This document shows positions 8,510-16,889 of a stretch of 64,000 nt of DNA, piece by piece. The position numbers and the translations under genes were made by a program. The stretch is taken from positions 22,307-86,306 of the forward strand of contig JBDRDJ010000028.1 of NCBI GenBank assembly GCA_043820815.1, in the 5' to 3' direction. Source of the DNA: Candidatus Omnitrophota bacterium (GTDB taxonomy: Bacteria > Omnitrophota > Gorgyraeia > Duberdicusellales > 4484-171). Position 1 is the stretch's first letter; every line of letters starts with the position of its first letter. The notes under the pieces were generated by a model. The model made no database searches, was not told the DNA's origin, and was given only the letters and a program-made list of their open reading frames with translations.

Positions 8510-8608
8510 ATGAAAGTTATTAAAAAAGGCTCGGATAAGATTTTTAACGGTGTAGATCCCAAAGGCTGCTGCTGGCCGGCAGGGACTATCGGTGCACGCC
8601 CCTACTAA
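8510..8608 (+). CDS. 32-aa candidate RiPP precursor peptide (MKVIKKGSDKIFNGVDPKGCCWPAGTIGARPY)
   Basis: ATG 8510 is preceded by GGAGGTGA (8497-8504) with a 5-nt spacer, and TAA is at 8606-8608. It sits immediately upstream of the rSAM/SPASM gene. It is too short for the ORF track. Confidence 0.6.
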   Translation: MKVIKKGSDKIFNGVDPKGCCWPAGTIGARPY

Positions 8609-8762
8609 TGGTTGAGGGAGGGTAATTAAAATATCCTGAAAAAGAGATGTTTTGCAGTAAGTTTATGGGCGGCCGACCAGAACTTGCTGCAACCATAGTT
8701 GTAAAAGCCACCGATTTATCAACATCAGATAACGGATTGGATCATATTGTTAGGAGCGGGAA

Positions 8763-10127
8763 ATGAAACTGTCGAAATTCAATTTATTGGTTAAAGATTA
8801 TCCTGTCAAAGGCGAATACCTTTTGTTTAATACACGCACTCAGGCGTTGATTACCGTAACTAATAAATTTAAGGAGTTTTTAGACAGCCTTGAAGCCTCA
8901 AACGTTACGGTTTACGGTATGGCGATAAAAGAAAAAATAAATGCATTGAAAGAAAACGGAATTGTAGTTGAGGACGAAAAGGAAGACCAGGATAAATTAA
9001 GTGATTTTTTTCGGCAGCTAAAATATGAATCAAATGTCTTGCCTTTTGAGGCGACAATTCTAACCACTTACAATTGTAATTTTAAATGCGTGTATTGTTT
9101 TGAAGAATCGGTCAGGGATAATATATTCTTAGATATCAAGACCAGCGAGGCAATAATAAACTGGCTAAAGAGAAGAATTCAGCAGAGAGGCTATAAACGG
9201 ATTTATCTGGTTTATTACGGAGGAGAGCCCTTGCTTAATGTCAAGCCGGTTTACGATATATCCTGGCATATGCAGGCATGGGCTGATAAGAATGGTGTTG
9301 AATTCGGTTTCGGTATAATTACCAACGGAAGCCTTGTAAATCCGGAGTTAATTGATAAATTGTTAACCGTAGGCTTAAAAGAAATCCGTGTCAGTTTAGA
9401 CGGCGACAGAAATGCACACAATAAGAAAAGGCCGTTTTCTGATGGACGGCCTACCTTTGACCTTATTGTTAATAATATAAAAAGAGTTATGGGAAAAGTC
9501 AATGTGGGAATTTCGGGGAATTTTGACCGCAAGAACTACAAGAGTATCTACAAACTTTTAGATTATTTAGAAGAACAGGGAATCTTGCGTAAATTACACA
9601 GGATTAATTTTGCACCCTTGACTCCCCGGTTCGGGCCAAAGAATAATCCCGGAGCAGTTGAATTAAAAGAATGCTTTTCTTTTGTGGGAAAAGAGGGATT
9701 ATTTAAGGAAGTGACAGCTATTACAAAAGAGCTAATGCGGCGCAGGCTGACATTGACTACCGGTTTATCGGTTAATATCTGCCCTTTGATTATGCAGGAC
9801 GGAGGTATTACCATTGACCCCGGGGGCGTAATTTACAAATGTAACGCTCTGGTAGGTTATCGGGAATTTTCCATCGGTAATGTCGCCGATGAGGGGTTTA
9901 ACGAAAAGTTTAGTGAATTCTTAAATATTGACGCCTGGAATAAATGCCCACGTGATTGCCCTTATATTCCCATGTGCCAGGGGGGATGCAGATTTTTTTC
10001 CTATTTAGAGAATAAGAATTTTTGTGCGTTATCCTGTAAAAGGGATTATTTTGATAAGATTACTCCCGAATTGATTAAGCTGGAGTACGATAAACTTACA
10101 AACGACTATCAAAGCAGTTTGCAATGA
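8763..10127 (+). CDS. radical SAM/SPASM-domain peptide-modifying enzyme with N-terminal RRE-like domain
   Basis: CNFKCVYC is the CX3CX2C radical SAM motif. The C-terminal SPASM signature is present (CPLIMQDGGITIDPGGVIYKC ... CPRDCPYIPMCQGGC ... C). About 95 aa precede the rSAM core, typical of a PqqD-like recognition element. Confidence 0.9.
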   Translation: MKLSKFNLLVKDYPVKGEYLLFNTRTQALITVTNKFKEFLDSLEASNVTVYGMAIKEKINALKENGIVVEDEKEDQDKLSDFFRQLKYESNVLPFEATILTTYNCNFKCVYCFEESVRDNIFLDIKTSEAIINWLKRRIQQRGYKRIYLVYYGGEPLLNVKPVYDISWHMQAWADKNGVEFGFGIITNGSLVNPELIDKLLTVGLKEIRVSLDGDRNAHNKKRPFSDGRPTFDLIVNNIKRVMGKVNVGISGNFDRKNYKSIYKLLDYLEEQGILRKLHRINFAPLTPRFGPKNNPGAVELKECFSFVGKEGLFKEVTAITKELMRRRLTLTTGLSVNICPLIMQDGGITIDPGGVIYKCNALVGYREFSIGNVADEGFNEKFSEFLNIDAWNKCPRDCPYIPMCQGGCRFFSYLENKNFCALSCKRDYFDKITPELIKLEYDKLTNDYQSSLQ

Positions 10128-11875
10128 AGAGAGCAAGAGAGCTTTTATCTATTTTACGGCCGCATAGGAAAAAGATCATTTTCGCCGGCATATCGATTCT
10201 TGCTGTCAACTTAACGGGGTTGGCTTTTCCCTGGGGTATTAAGATTATCATTGATGAAGTTCTGGTTAAAAAAGATTTCTTTTTGCTAAATAGCTTGGCA
10301 GGGGCACTTGTTCTGATTTTCTTGATACAGTTCTATTGCGGATTTATGCGCGAATACTTAGTTTCTTCTGTGGGTGAAAATGTAGTTTGTGAGTTGCGTA
10401 ACAGGCTCTACTGGCACATAGAGAGATTATCGGTGAAATATATAGAGGATACGCCTATAGGTAAGATTATATCGGGAGTTATCGGCGATGTTGAGAGTAT
10501 ACGGAATTTCCTGTTTGGCGGGCTTATAGATTTTATTTACTCTTTCCTTAACGTATTTTTCGTCCTTATCATCTTGCTGTTTCTGGATTGGAAGCTAACC
10601 CTGGTTTCTTTAATATTTTTGCCCGCGTTCGGGCTCACCTTCTTTAAGCTTACCCCCCGCCTGCAGAAGAAGTTTGGGGCAGTGAGGGAAAAATACGCGG
10701 AGTTAACCGCACACTTAAACGAAGTATGTATTGGTATCCGCGTTGTTTGCGGTTTTGGCAAAGAAAGATACGAGGCAGACAGGTTTAATTCTACTCAGAG
10801 CAAAATTCTCAAAAACTCTATGGCAGGCCACAGGCTGACGATAGGGTTATGGATGGGGTCAGAGTTAGTCAGTTCTTTAGGGCTTGTTACCATTATATGG
10901 TTTGGAACCCGGGCCGTATTTTCCGGGCGTATAACCCCGGGGACATTGATGGCGTTTTATTCCTATACAGGAATGCTTTTTTTCCCCGTAATTAAGATGA
11001 CGATTATTAACAATTTTTATCAAGAAGCTGCTGTTGCAATGGAGCGGATTGATAGAATTTTAGCCGAAGAGCCGGCAGTAAAAGAATCTCTAAATCCCGT
11101 TAAGATTAATAAGGTAAAAGGAAATGTAATATTTGACGGGGTAAGTTTCAGCTACGATGGAAAAAGGGAAGTTCTCTCTGGAATTGACATCGGCGTAAAA
11201 GCATCCCAAACCATAGCCCTAGTGGGTAAAAGCGGCGCCGGTAAAACCACCATGATAAATTTGCTACTTAGATTTTACGATCCCGATAAAGGAGGAATTT
11301 TTATTGACGGATACAACATCTGCGATTTGGATTTGAATTCGTACCGTTCTAGTATTGCTATGGTTCTTCAGGATGATTACCTCTTTAACTTAAGCGTTAG
11401 AGAGAACATTCTCTATGGCAAGCCGCAGGCTTCTTTTGATGAAGTTGTCAGAGCCGCCTGTTTAGCAAACGCTCATCAGTTTATTACTGAATTAGCCGAT
11501 GGTTACGATACAGAGATAGGCGAAGGAGGGGTTAAACTTTCTTTCGGGCAAAGACAAAGGATTTCTATCTCCCGGGCAATAATAAGAGACCCGGCCATTT
11601 TAATTCTGGATGAGGCGACATCGTGCGTAGATTCAGAAACTGAACGCCTTATCATCGAAGGAGCTTATAAAAATGTGATATGCGGCCGTACCACGTTCAT
11701 AATTGCCCATAGGCTTTCAGCAATAACGTATGCTGATAGAATTATTTTTATCGAAGGCGGCAGAATAATTGAGGAGGGTGCTCACCAGCACCTTTTAGAT
11801 AAAAAAGGCCGATATTGGAAAATGTGGACAGAACAAACCCGATATAGCTTTACATCGAAGGTGCCGGCTGCATAA
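10124..11875 (+). CDS. ABC exporter, fused permease/ATPase (MsbA/type I exporter fold)
   Basis: A six-helix TMD is followed by an NBD with GKSGAGKTT (Walker A), LSFGQRQR (signature) and ILILDEATS (Walker B). An ATGA overlap with the rSAM stop suggests translational coupling. There is no N-terminal C39 peptidase domain. Confidence 0.9.
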   Translation: MKRARELLSILRPHRKKIIFAGISILAVNLTGLAFPWGIKIIIDEVLVKKDFFLLNSLAGALVLIFLIQFYCGFMREYLVSSVGENVVCELRNRLYWHIERLSVKYIEDTPIGKIISGVIGDVESIRNFLFGGLIDFIYSFLNVFFVLIILLFLDWKLTLVSLIFLPAFGLTFFKLTPRLQKKFGAVREKYAELTAHLNEVCIGIRVVCGFGKERYEADRFNSTQSKILKNSMAGHRLTIGLWMGSELVSSLGLVTIIWFGTRAVFSGRITPGTLMAFYSYTGMLFFPVIKMTIINNFYQEAAVAMERIDRILAEEPAVKESLNPVKINKVKGNVIFDGVSFSYDGKREVLSGIDIGVKASQTIALVGKSGAGKTTMINLLLRFYDPDKGGIFIDGYNICDLDLNSYRSSIAMVLQDDYLFNLSVRENILYGKPQASFDEVVRAACLANAHQFITELADGYDTEIGEGGVKLSFGQRQRISISRAIIRDPAILILDEATSCVDSETERLIIEGAYKNVICGRTTFIIAHRLSAITYADRIIFIEGGRIIEEGAHQHLLDKKGRYWKMWTEQTRYSFTSKVPAA

Positions 11876-11897
11876 CTTTTTTAATGGAGGAATCGCC

Positions 11898-12428
11898 ATG
11901 GTATTTAAGAATCTGAACATTTTAGTTATTGATGACAGTATTTCAGTAAGGATTTCAATGGCCGAAGAATTAGCGATGCTCGGCTATCAGGTGTATACGG
12001 CTGCAAGCAGGGAAGAAACAGAGAAAATTCTCGAAAATCATATCGTTGATATTGTCTTTCTTGATTTAAAGCTGCCCGGCGTTACAGGGCTTGAATATCT
12101 GGAGCAAATTAGGCGCAGAGAAGAAAACATTGTAGTAATTATAATGACTGCTTATGAATCCATGCCAACAGCTGTTGAGGCTATTGAAAAAGGCGCTCAT
12201 GAGTATATCATAAAACCAATAAGCCCGGGGCATCTTGAACTGGTGATGAAACAGGCGTTGATGCGCTTTTGCCTTGAGCAGGAAAGAGATATGGCTAACG
12301 ATAAGAGGATGGACGTAATAAAGAGGTTTAACAGTGACCTGAAAGACGCGGAAGCACTTAAGCAGGCACTAAAAGCCCAGGTGAACAGCCTTCTTGGGGA
12401 GTTAGGCAGGCCGCCCAAATATAAATGA
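11898..12428 (+). CDS. response regulator, receiver domain with short helical C-terminal tail
   Basis: ILVIDDS ... FLDLKLPGVTG ... YIIKP receiver motifs. RBS GGAGG lies upstream, 22 nt after the ABC exporter stop. Confidence 0.85.
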   Translation: MVFKNLNILVIDDSISVRISMAEELAMLGYQVYTAASREETEKILENHIVDIVFLDLKLPGVTGLEYLEQIRRREENIVVIIMTAYESMPTAVEAIEKGAHEYIIKPISPGHLELVMKQALMRFCLEQERDMANDKRMDVIKRFNSDLKDAEALKQALKAQVNSLLGELGRPPKYK

Positions 12429-12496
12429 CACGATGAGCCTTCCTGCGGAATAATACCGGCGGCCAAAAATAATGGATTAAACAATAAATTATTATT

Positions 12497-14290
12497 ATGA
12501 CGGAAAGGTCTAAAAGGAAATTCAAACGGTTTTTACTAAATTTATTTTACCACAGGCTGTGGGTGCAGATTGCGGCAATTCTTCTTGCGTTAGTTACTGT
12601 TCCGGTGATTACCTTAGGGACGTTACTCATCAAAACATCAGAAGAGGCAGTGCGCAGTTCAGTGCTTAACAATCATAAGGAGATAGTAAAGAGAGCCTCG
12701 GGAGAGATTGAGCTCTTTGCCAGAGGAGCAAAAAGTGTTTTGTATGCTGCGGCAGCGATTATGGGAGAAGTTTCTTCTGCTGAATGGAAACAGGAGACAG
12801 TGCTGGTAGAATTAGTTTTGAACCAGCCGGTTTTTATAAGAGTTTCTTCTGTGGATTTATCCGGTAAAGAAATAGCCAGTTCTGAACTGGGAAGAGAGTC
12901 AAAACGCTATTATTCTAATGAGGTGCTTGAAGAGATTCAGAAGGGAAAAGTTTATATTTCTCAGGTTAAATTCCTCGATAATAATAATCCTTATGTAACC
13001 ATGAGTGCCCCGGTAAAGAAAGACGGCCAAATCGCAGGGGGGATAATTGCTGATGTAAACTTGCGGGGGATATGGGATATTGTGGATAATATCCAGATAG
13101 GCCATACCGGAAAAGCTTTTTTAGTAACAGATAAGGGCGTATTAATTGCCCACCATGATAAGAAACGGGTTCTTAAAAAAGAGAACTTTAGCAGTTATAA
13201 AGATGTCCAATTGGTTTTATCTTCAGAAACCGGCGCAATTGAATTAGAAGATGCATCGAAAGAAAGATGGATTAGTTCTTACGCTCCTATTTCTGATTTA
13301 AGCTGGGCTATTGTATTAAGGCAGAAGCAGGACGAAGCTTATTTATTTTCTAAGGTGATGAGGATGCAGGCGTGGGTAATTATAGGCATAAGTGAATTGC
13401 TGGCGGTTGTTGTTAGTATTTTTATGGCGCGGTTTTTGGTAAGGCCGGTTAAAACTTTAGCCTCGAGAATGAAGAGTGTAGCCGCCGGCGACTTAGACCA
13501 TAAAATCGGCTCAAGAAGGCGAGATGAAATCGGGGAATTAATAAGGTCTTTTAACGATATGATTGAGAAGTTAAAAAGAGCCAGTGCGCGCGAGCGGCTC
13601 TCTGCAATCGGAGAAGCAGCTGCCTGGATAGCACATGAGCTTAAGAACTCTTTAGTTTCCATAAAGACTTTCATCCAGTTGTTTCCTCGAAAATATAAAG
13701 AAAAGAATTTTGTGGATAAGTTTAGCAAGCTGATCCCTGAAGAAATTAAGCGCTGGGAGAATATGCTTAAAGAGCTGTCTGACTTTTCATACCATTCTGA
13801 CCTGCGCAGGCAAAACGTTGATGTGAAGGATTTATTAGATAACTTATTGCAGATAATGGGGGGAAGGCTTCTTGAGAAACGAATAAGCGTTGATTACAAC
13901 ACCGAGGGTGATAATTTTATTATATGGGCTGATAGTGAAAGGTTAAAGCAGGTCTTTATGAATTTAATTATTAATGCCGTAAACGCGATGGCGGACGGCG
14001 GTGCGCTCAGGATATCTTTACGCTCAATAGAAGGCAGCGGCCAGCTTGCAGACAGCTCTATAGAAGCAAGAGTCCAGGATACAGGATGCGGGATACCCAT
14101 GGAAGAACTGGATAAAATATTTGAACCGTTCTATACTGCGAATAAAGGCGGGATGGGCTTAGGGCTTTCAATAAGCCAAAGGATTGTTGAACAGCACGGC
14201 GGGAAGATTAAGGCAGAAAGTAAACTAAATACCGGTTCTGTCTTTACCGTAATATTGCCAAAAGATCCGTTATTGTTAAGGGCTGTGTAA
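12497..14290 (+). CDS. sensor histidine kinase with large extracytoplasmic (Cache-like) domain, HAMP, HisKA, HATPase_c
   Basis: Two TM segments flank a loop of about 270 aa. HAMP region (RPVKTLASRMKSVAAGDLD), H-box HELKNSL, N-box NLIINAVNA, G-boxes DTGCGI and GGMGLGL. Confidence 0.85.
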   Translation: MTERSKRKFKRFLLNLFYHRLWVQIAAILLALVTVPVITLGTLLIKTSEEAVRSSVLNNHKEIVKRASGEIELFARGAKSVLYAAAAIMGEVSSAEWKQETVLVELVLNQPVFIRVSSVDLSGKEIASSELGRESKRYYSNEVLEEIQKGKVYISQVKFLDNNNPYVTMSAPVKKDGQIAGGIIADVNLRGIWDIVDNIQIGHTGKAFLVTDKGVLIAHHDKKRVLKKENFSSYKDVQLVLSSETGAIELEDASKERWISSYAPISDLSWAIVLRQKQDEAYLFSKVMRMQAWVIIGISELLAVVVSIFMARFLVRPVKTLASRMKSVAAGDLDHKIGSRRRDEIGELIRSFNDMIEKLKRASARERLSAIGEAAAWIAHELKNSLVSIKTFIQLFPRKYKEKNFVDKFSKLIPEEIKRWENMLKELSDFSYHSDLRRQNVDVKDLLDNLLQIMGGRLLEKRISVDYNTEGDNFIIWADSERLKQVFMNLIINAVNAMADGGALRISLRSIEGSGQLADSSIEARVQDTGCGIPMEELDKIFEPFYTANKGGMGLGLSISQRIVEQHGGKIKAESKLNTGSVFTVILPKDPLLLRAV

Positions 14291-14309
14291 TTCATAAAGC
14301 GGGGGATGT

Positions 14310-14957
14310 ATGAGCAAGAAAATTCTGATAGTTGATGACCACAGCATTATGCGTGAGGGCCTGCGTGCTTTGCTTGAAGAGGTACAGGATTTCAAAGTAA
14401 TCGGAGAGGCGGAAAACGGGCGTGTGGCATTGCGAATGGTACAGGAGTTTTTACCTGATGTAGTGATTATTGACATTGCAATGCCTCATTTAAACGGAAT
14501 CGAAGCAACACGCCAGATTATTTCCAAGTTTCCCGCTGTTAAGGTCATTATGCTTTCAATGCAGTCCGGCAGGCAGTTTGTGGAAGAGGCGCTTAAGGCC
14601 GGCGCTTCAGGTTATCTCTTGAAAGATAACATTTTTAATGAGTTAATCCTTGCCCTTCATACGGTAACTGAAGGCAGAATATATCTATGTCCGGAAATAG
14701 CCAAAGTGGTAGTTAAAAACCTTGTGCACCGGCTAAAAAACGATGTCCCTTCACAAATTAATATACTTACACCGCGGGAACGCGAAGTGCTTCAGCTCTT
14801 AGCAGAAGGTAAATCGACTAAACAGATTGCCCGCTGTCTGGGTGTGAGCATAAAGACCATTGAAACCCACCGTCAACAGGTTATGCGTAAATTAGACATC
14901 TATAGTATAGCCGAGCTTACAAAATTCGCTATCCGTGAGGGCATAACATCTCTTTGA
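14310..14957 (+). CDS. NarL/LuxR-family response regulator
   Basis: Receiver (ILIVDDH ... IIDIAMPHLNG) plus a C-terminal LuxR HTH (LTPREREVLQLLAEGKSTKQIARCLGVSIKTIETHR). Confidence 0.9.
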   Translation: MSKKILIVDDHSIMREGLRALLEEVQDFKVIGEAENGRVALRMVQEFLPDVVIIDIAMPHLNGIEATRQIISKFPAVKVIMLSMQSGRQFVEEALKAGASGYLLKDNIFNELILALHTVTEGRIYLCPEIAKVVVKNLVHRLKNDVPSQINILTPREREVLQLLAEGKSTKQIARCLGVSIKTIETHRQQVMRKLDIYSIAELTKFAIREGITSL

Positions 14958-15091
14958 AGTTTTCTTAGAAATTCTAAAAACCTTTCTCTTTGCAAATCAG
15001 GTATTTATAACCATAGTATCAGGGTTTCCCCGATTGTTTTTTATGTTGACATGGGATATCATAACGTAAATCTTAGCAAGGACATTAGATT

Positions 15092-16294
15092 ATGGATATG
15101 TATGAAGGTTTTATAGAGAACATTGATGTCTTTTTCTTTAAGCTGGATAGCAAGGGGCGCTGGGTTTATTTAAACAGATTATGCACTGATATTTTTGGCT
15201 GGCCAAAAGAAGAAATGGCAGGAAAGAAATTTATTGATTATGTATCCGGCGGCGCCGGCCTTAAGTTTTCCTCACTGATTAAAAATATACTCAATACTAA
15301 GAATCCACAATGCCGCCTTGAAGCGGAAATCAGAACCAAAACCGGCATAAAGAAGATTTTTGGTTTTAGTCTATACCCGGACAAAGATACTGGCGGCAAA
15401 GCTGCCGGCATACTGGGAATAGGCAGAGATATAACCAGGAGGAAACGGGCTGAGCAAAGAGAGAAAGAACTCTTAAGCTTAGAGAAAAAAAGGTCAGCAC
15501 AGCTTAAAAAAGCTTATAATGATTTAAGAAAAACTCAAAACCTGCTGTTTCAAGCCGAGAAGATGGCAGCTGTTGGGCAATTGGTCAGCGGCATAGCCCA
15601 CGAAGTAAAAAATCCCTTATGTCTAATCGTTCAAGGCGTAAATTTGTTAGAGAACGAAATAGCCATGGATAATACAAGCCAGCGTGAGACACTGTCTCTC
15701 ATTAAAGAAGCTGCATACAGAATCGATATTGTTGCCCGCGGCCTGCTTAATTTTGCAAAGCCGGCCCCTTTAGAACTTACACGCTGTGAGATAAACAAAG
15801 TTATCAAGGCTGCAGTTGAATTGATGAAGAGGAATTTGTTCGTTAAGAATATAGAAATAACCCAGAATTTATCAGCAGGGCTTCCTTTAGCTTTGATTGA
15901 TGCTAATCAGATGGAGCAGGTTTTTATAAATATTATTTTGAATTCTTCGCAATCTATGCCTGAAGGAGGAGAGATAGTAATCAAAACATACACGGGAAAT
16001 TATGGAGTTTTGCAATCCGGCACAGAAAAACAATCATTAAATTCTCGCGCGGCCGGCAATACTGTTATAATTTGTGAGGTTATAGATACAGGAATTGGTA
16101 TACCCAAAAATTTTCTAAGCAAGGTATTTGAGCCGTTCTTTAGCACTAAACCATCGGGAGAAGGCACGGGTTTAGGCTTGGCTATTACAAAGTCAATATT
16201 GAAAAAGCACAAAGGAACAATAAATATTGAAAGCGAAGAAGGAAAAGGCACAAAAGTTACCATAGCTTTGCCTTTACCTAAGGAAAACGGTTAG
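15092..16294 (+). CDS. cytoplasmic PAS-domain sensor histidine kinase
   Basis: N-terminal PAS-like region, H-box GIAHEVKNPL, and HATPase motifs (DTGIGI, GTGLGLAI). No TM segments are seen. Confidence 0.85.
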   Translation: MDMYEGFIENIDVFFFKLDSKGRWVYLNRLCTDIFGWPKEEMAGKKFIDYVSGGAGLKFSSLIKNILNTKNPQCRLEAEIRTKTGIKKIFGFSLYPDKDTGGKAAGILGIGRDITRRKRAEQREKELLSLEKKRSAQLKKAYNDLRKTQNLLFQAEKMAAVGQLVSGIAHEVKNPLCLIVQGVNLLENEIAMDNTSQRETLSLIKEAAYRIDIVARGLLNFAKPAPLELTRCEINKVIKAAVELMKRNLFVKNIEITQNLSAGLPLALIDANQMEQVFINIILNSSQSMPEGGEIVIKTYTGNYGVLQSGTEKQSLNSRAAGNTVIICEVIDTGIGIPKNFLSKVFEPFFSTKPSGEGTGLGLAITKSILKKHKGTINIESEEGKGTKVTIALPLPKENG

Positions 16295-16355
16295 GTGAGT
16301 GTGTCTAAACTTAAATAATTTTGACAATACGCAACATTACACCGGGGGAGATAAT

Positions 16356-16769
16356 ATGAATAGGAAGAAAATTTTGATAGCTGATGACGATATGGTTTTT
16401 TTGAAGTTTTTAGAGCAGAGTTTAGCAGCTCAAGGGTATGCTGTAATCAAAGCCGTTAACGGCAGAGAAGCTTTTCTTCTTGCCAAGAGCCGGCATCCGG
16501 ATTTAGTTGTACTTGATATTTCTATGCCGGTTATGGACGACTACACTGTATCGGAAATATTTAGCCAAGATTCTGATTTAGAAAACATTCCGATTATTTT
16601 TCTGACGGCCATGGTATCAGAACAAGAGGAACAAGCAATGGGAAAAGAGATAGGGGGCTGTTGTATTATGGCAAAGTCTAAGGATACTGCCCGGTTATTA
16701 TCAAAAATAAAAGAAATGTTGGCCCCAGGGATTTCTATCCAGAATAAAGATAACGGCGTCAGCTCTTAA
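16356..16769 (+). CDS. single-domain response regulator
   Basis: MNRKKILIADDD ... VLDISMPVMD receiver motifs. ATG 16356 has GGGGGAG upstream. The track start at 16299 adds a 19-aa extension that I consider unlikely. Confidence 0.8.
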   Translation: MNRKKILIADDDMVFLKFLEQSLAAQGYAVIKAVNGREAFLLAKSRHPDLVVLDISMPVMDDYTVSEIFSQDSDLENIPIIFLTAMVSEQEEQAMGKEIGGCCIMAKSKDTARLLSKIKEMLAPGISIQNKDNGVSS

Positions 16770-16889
16770 AATGTGTAAATGGTTGTAAAGTGCCTTCCTG
16801 AGCCTTTCTGATTTATTATTCCGCCAATATTATCGGAAACTATGTTTTATGCTTTGACAATAGCCTTTAAATTGTGATATAGTTATATC

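Noticed and set aside
8647-8766. A 39-codon ORF (MFCSKFMGGRPELAATIVVKATDLSTSDNGLDHIVRSGK) between the candidate precursor and the rSAM gene. It ends in an ATGA overlap with the rSAM start.
   Set aside because: The ATGA overlap is suggestive, but there is no properly spaced SD (AAGAG abuts the ATG). The ORF also spans the 12-bp hairpin, and its sequence has no precursor-like features. It is kept only as a low-probability alternative, such as a second peptide or a small accessory protein.
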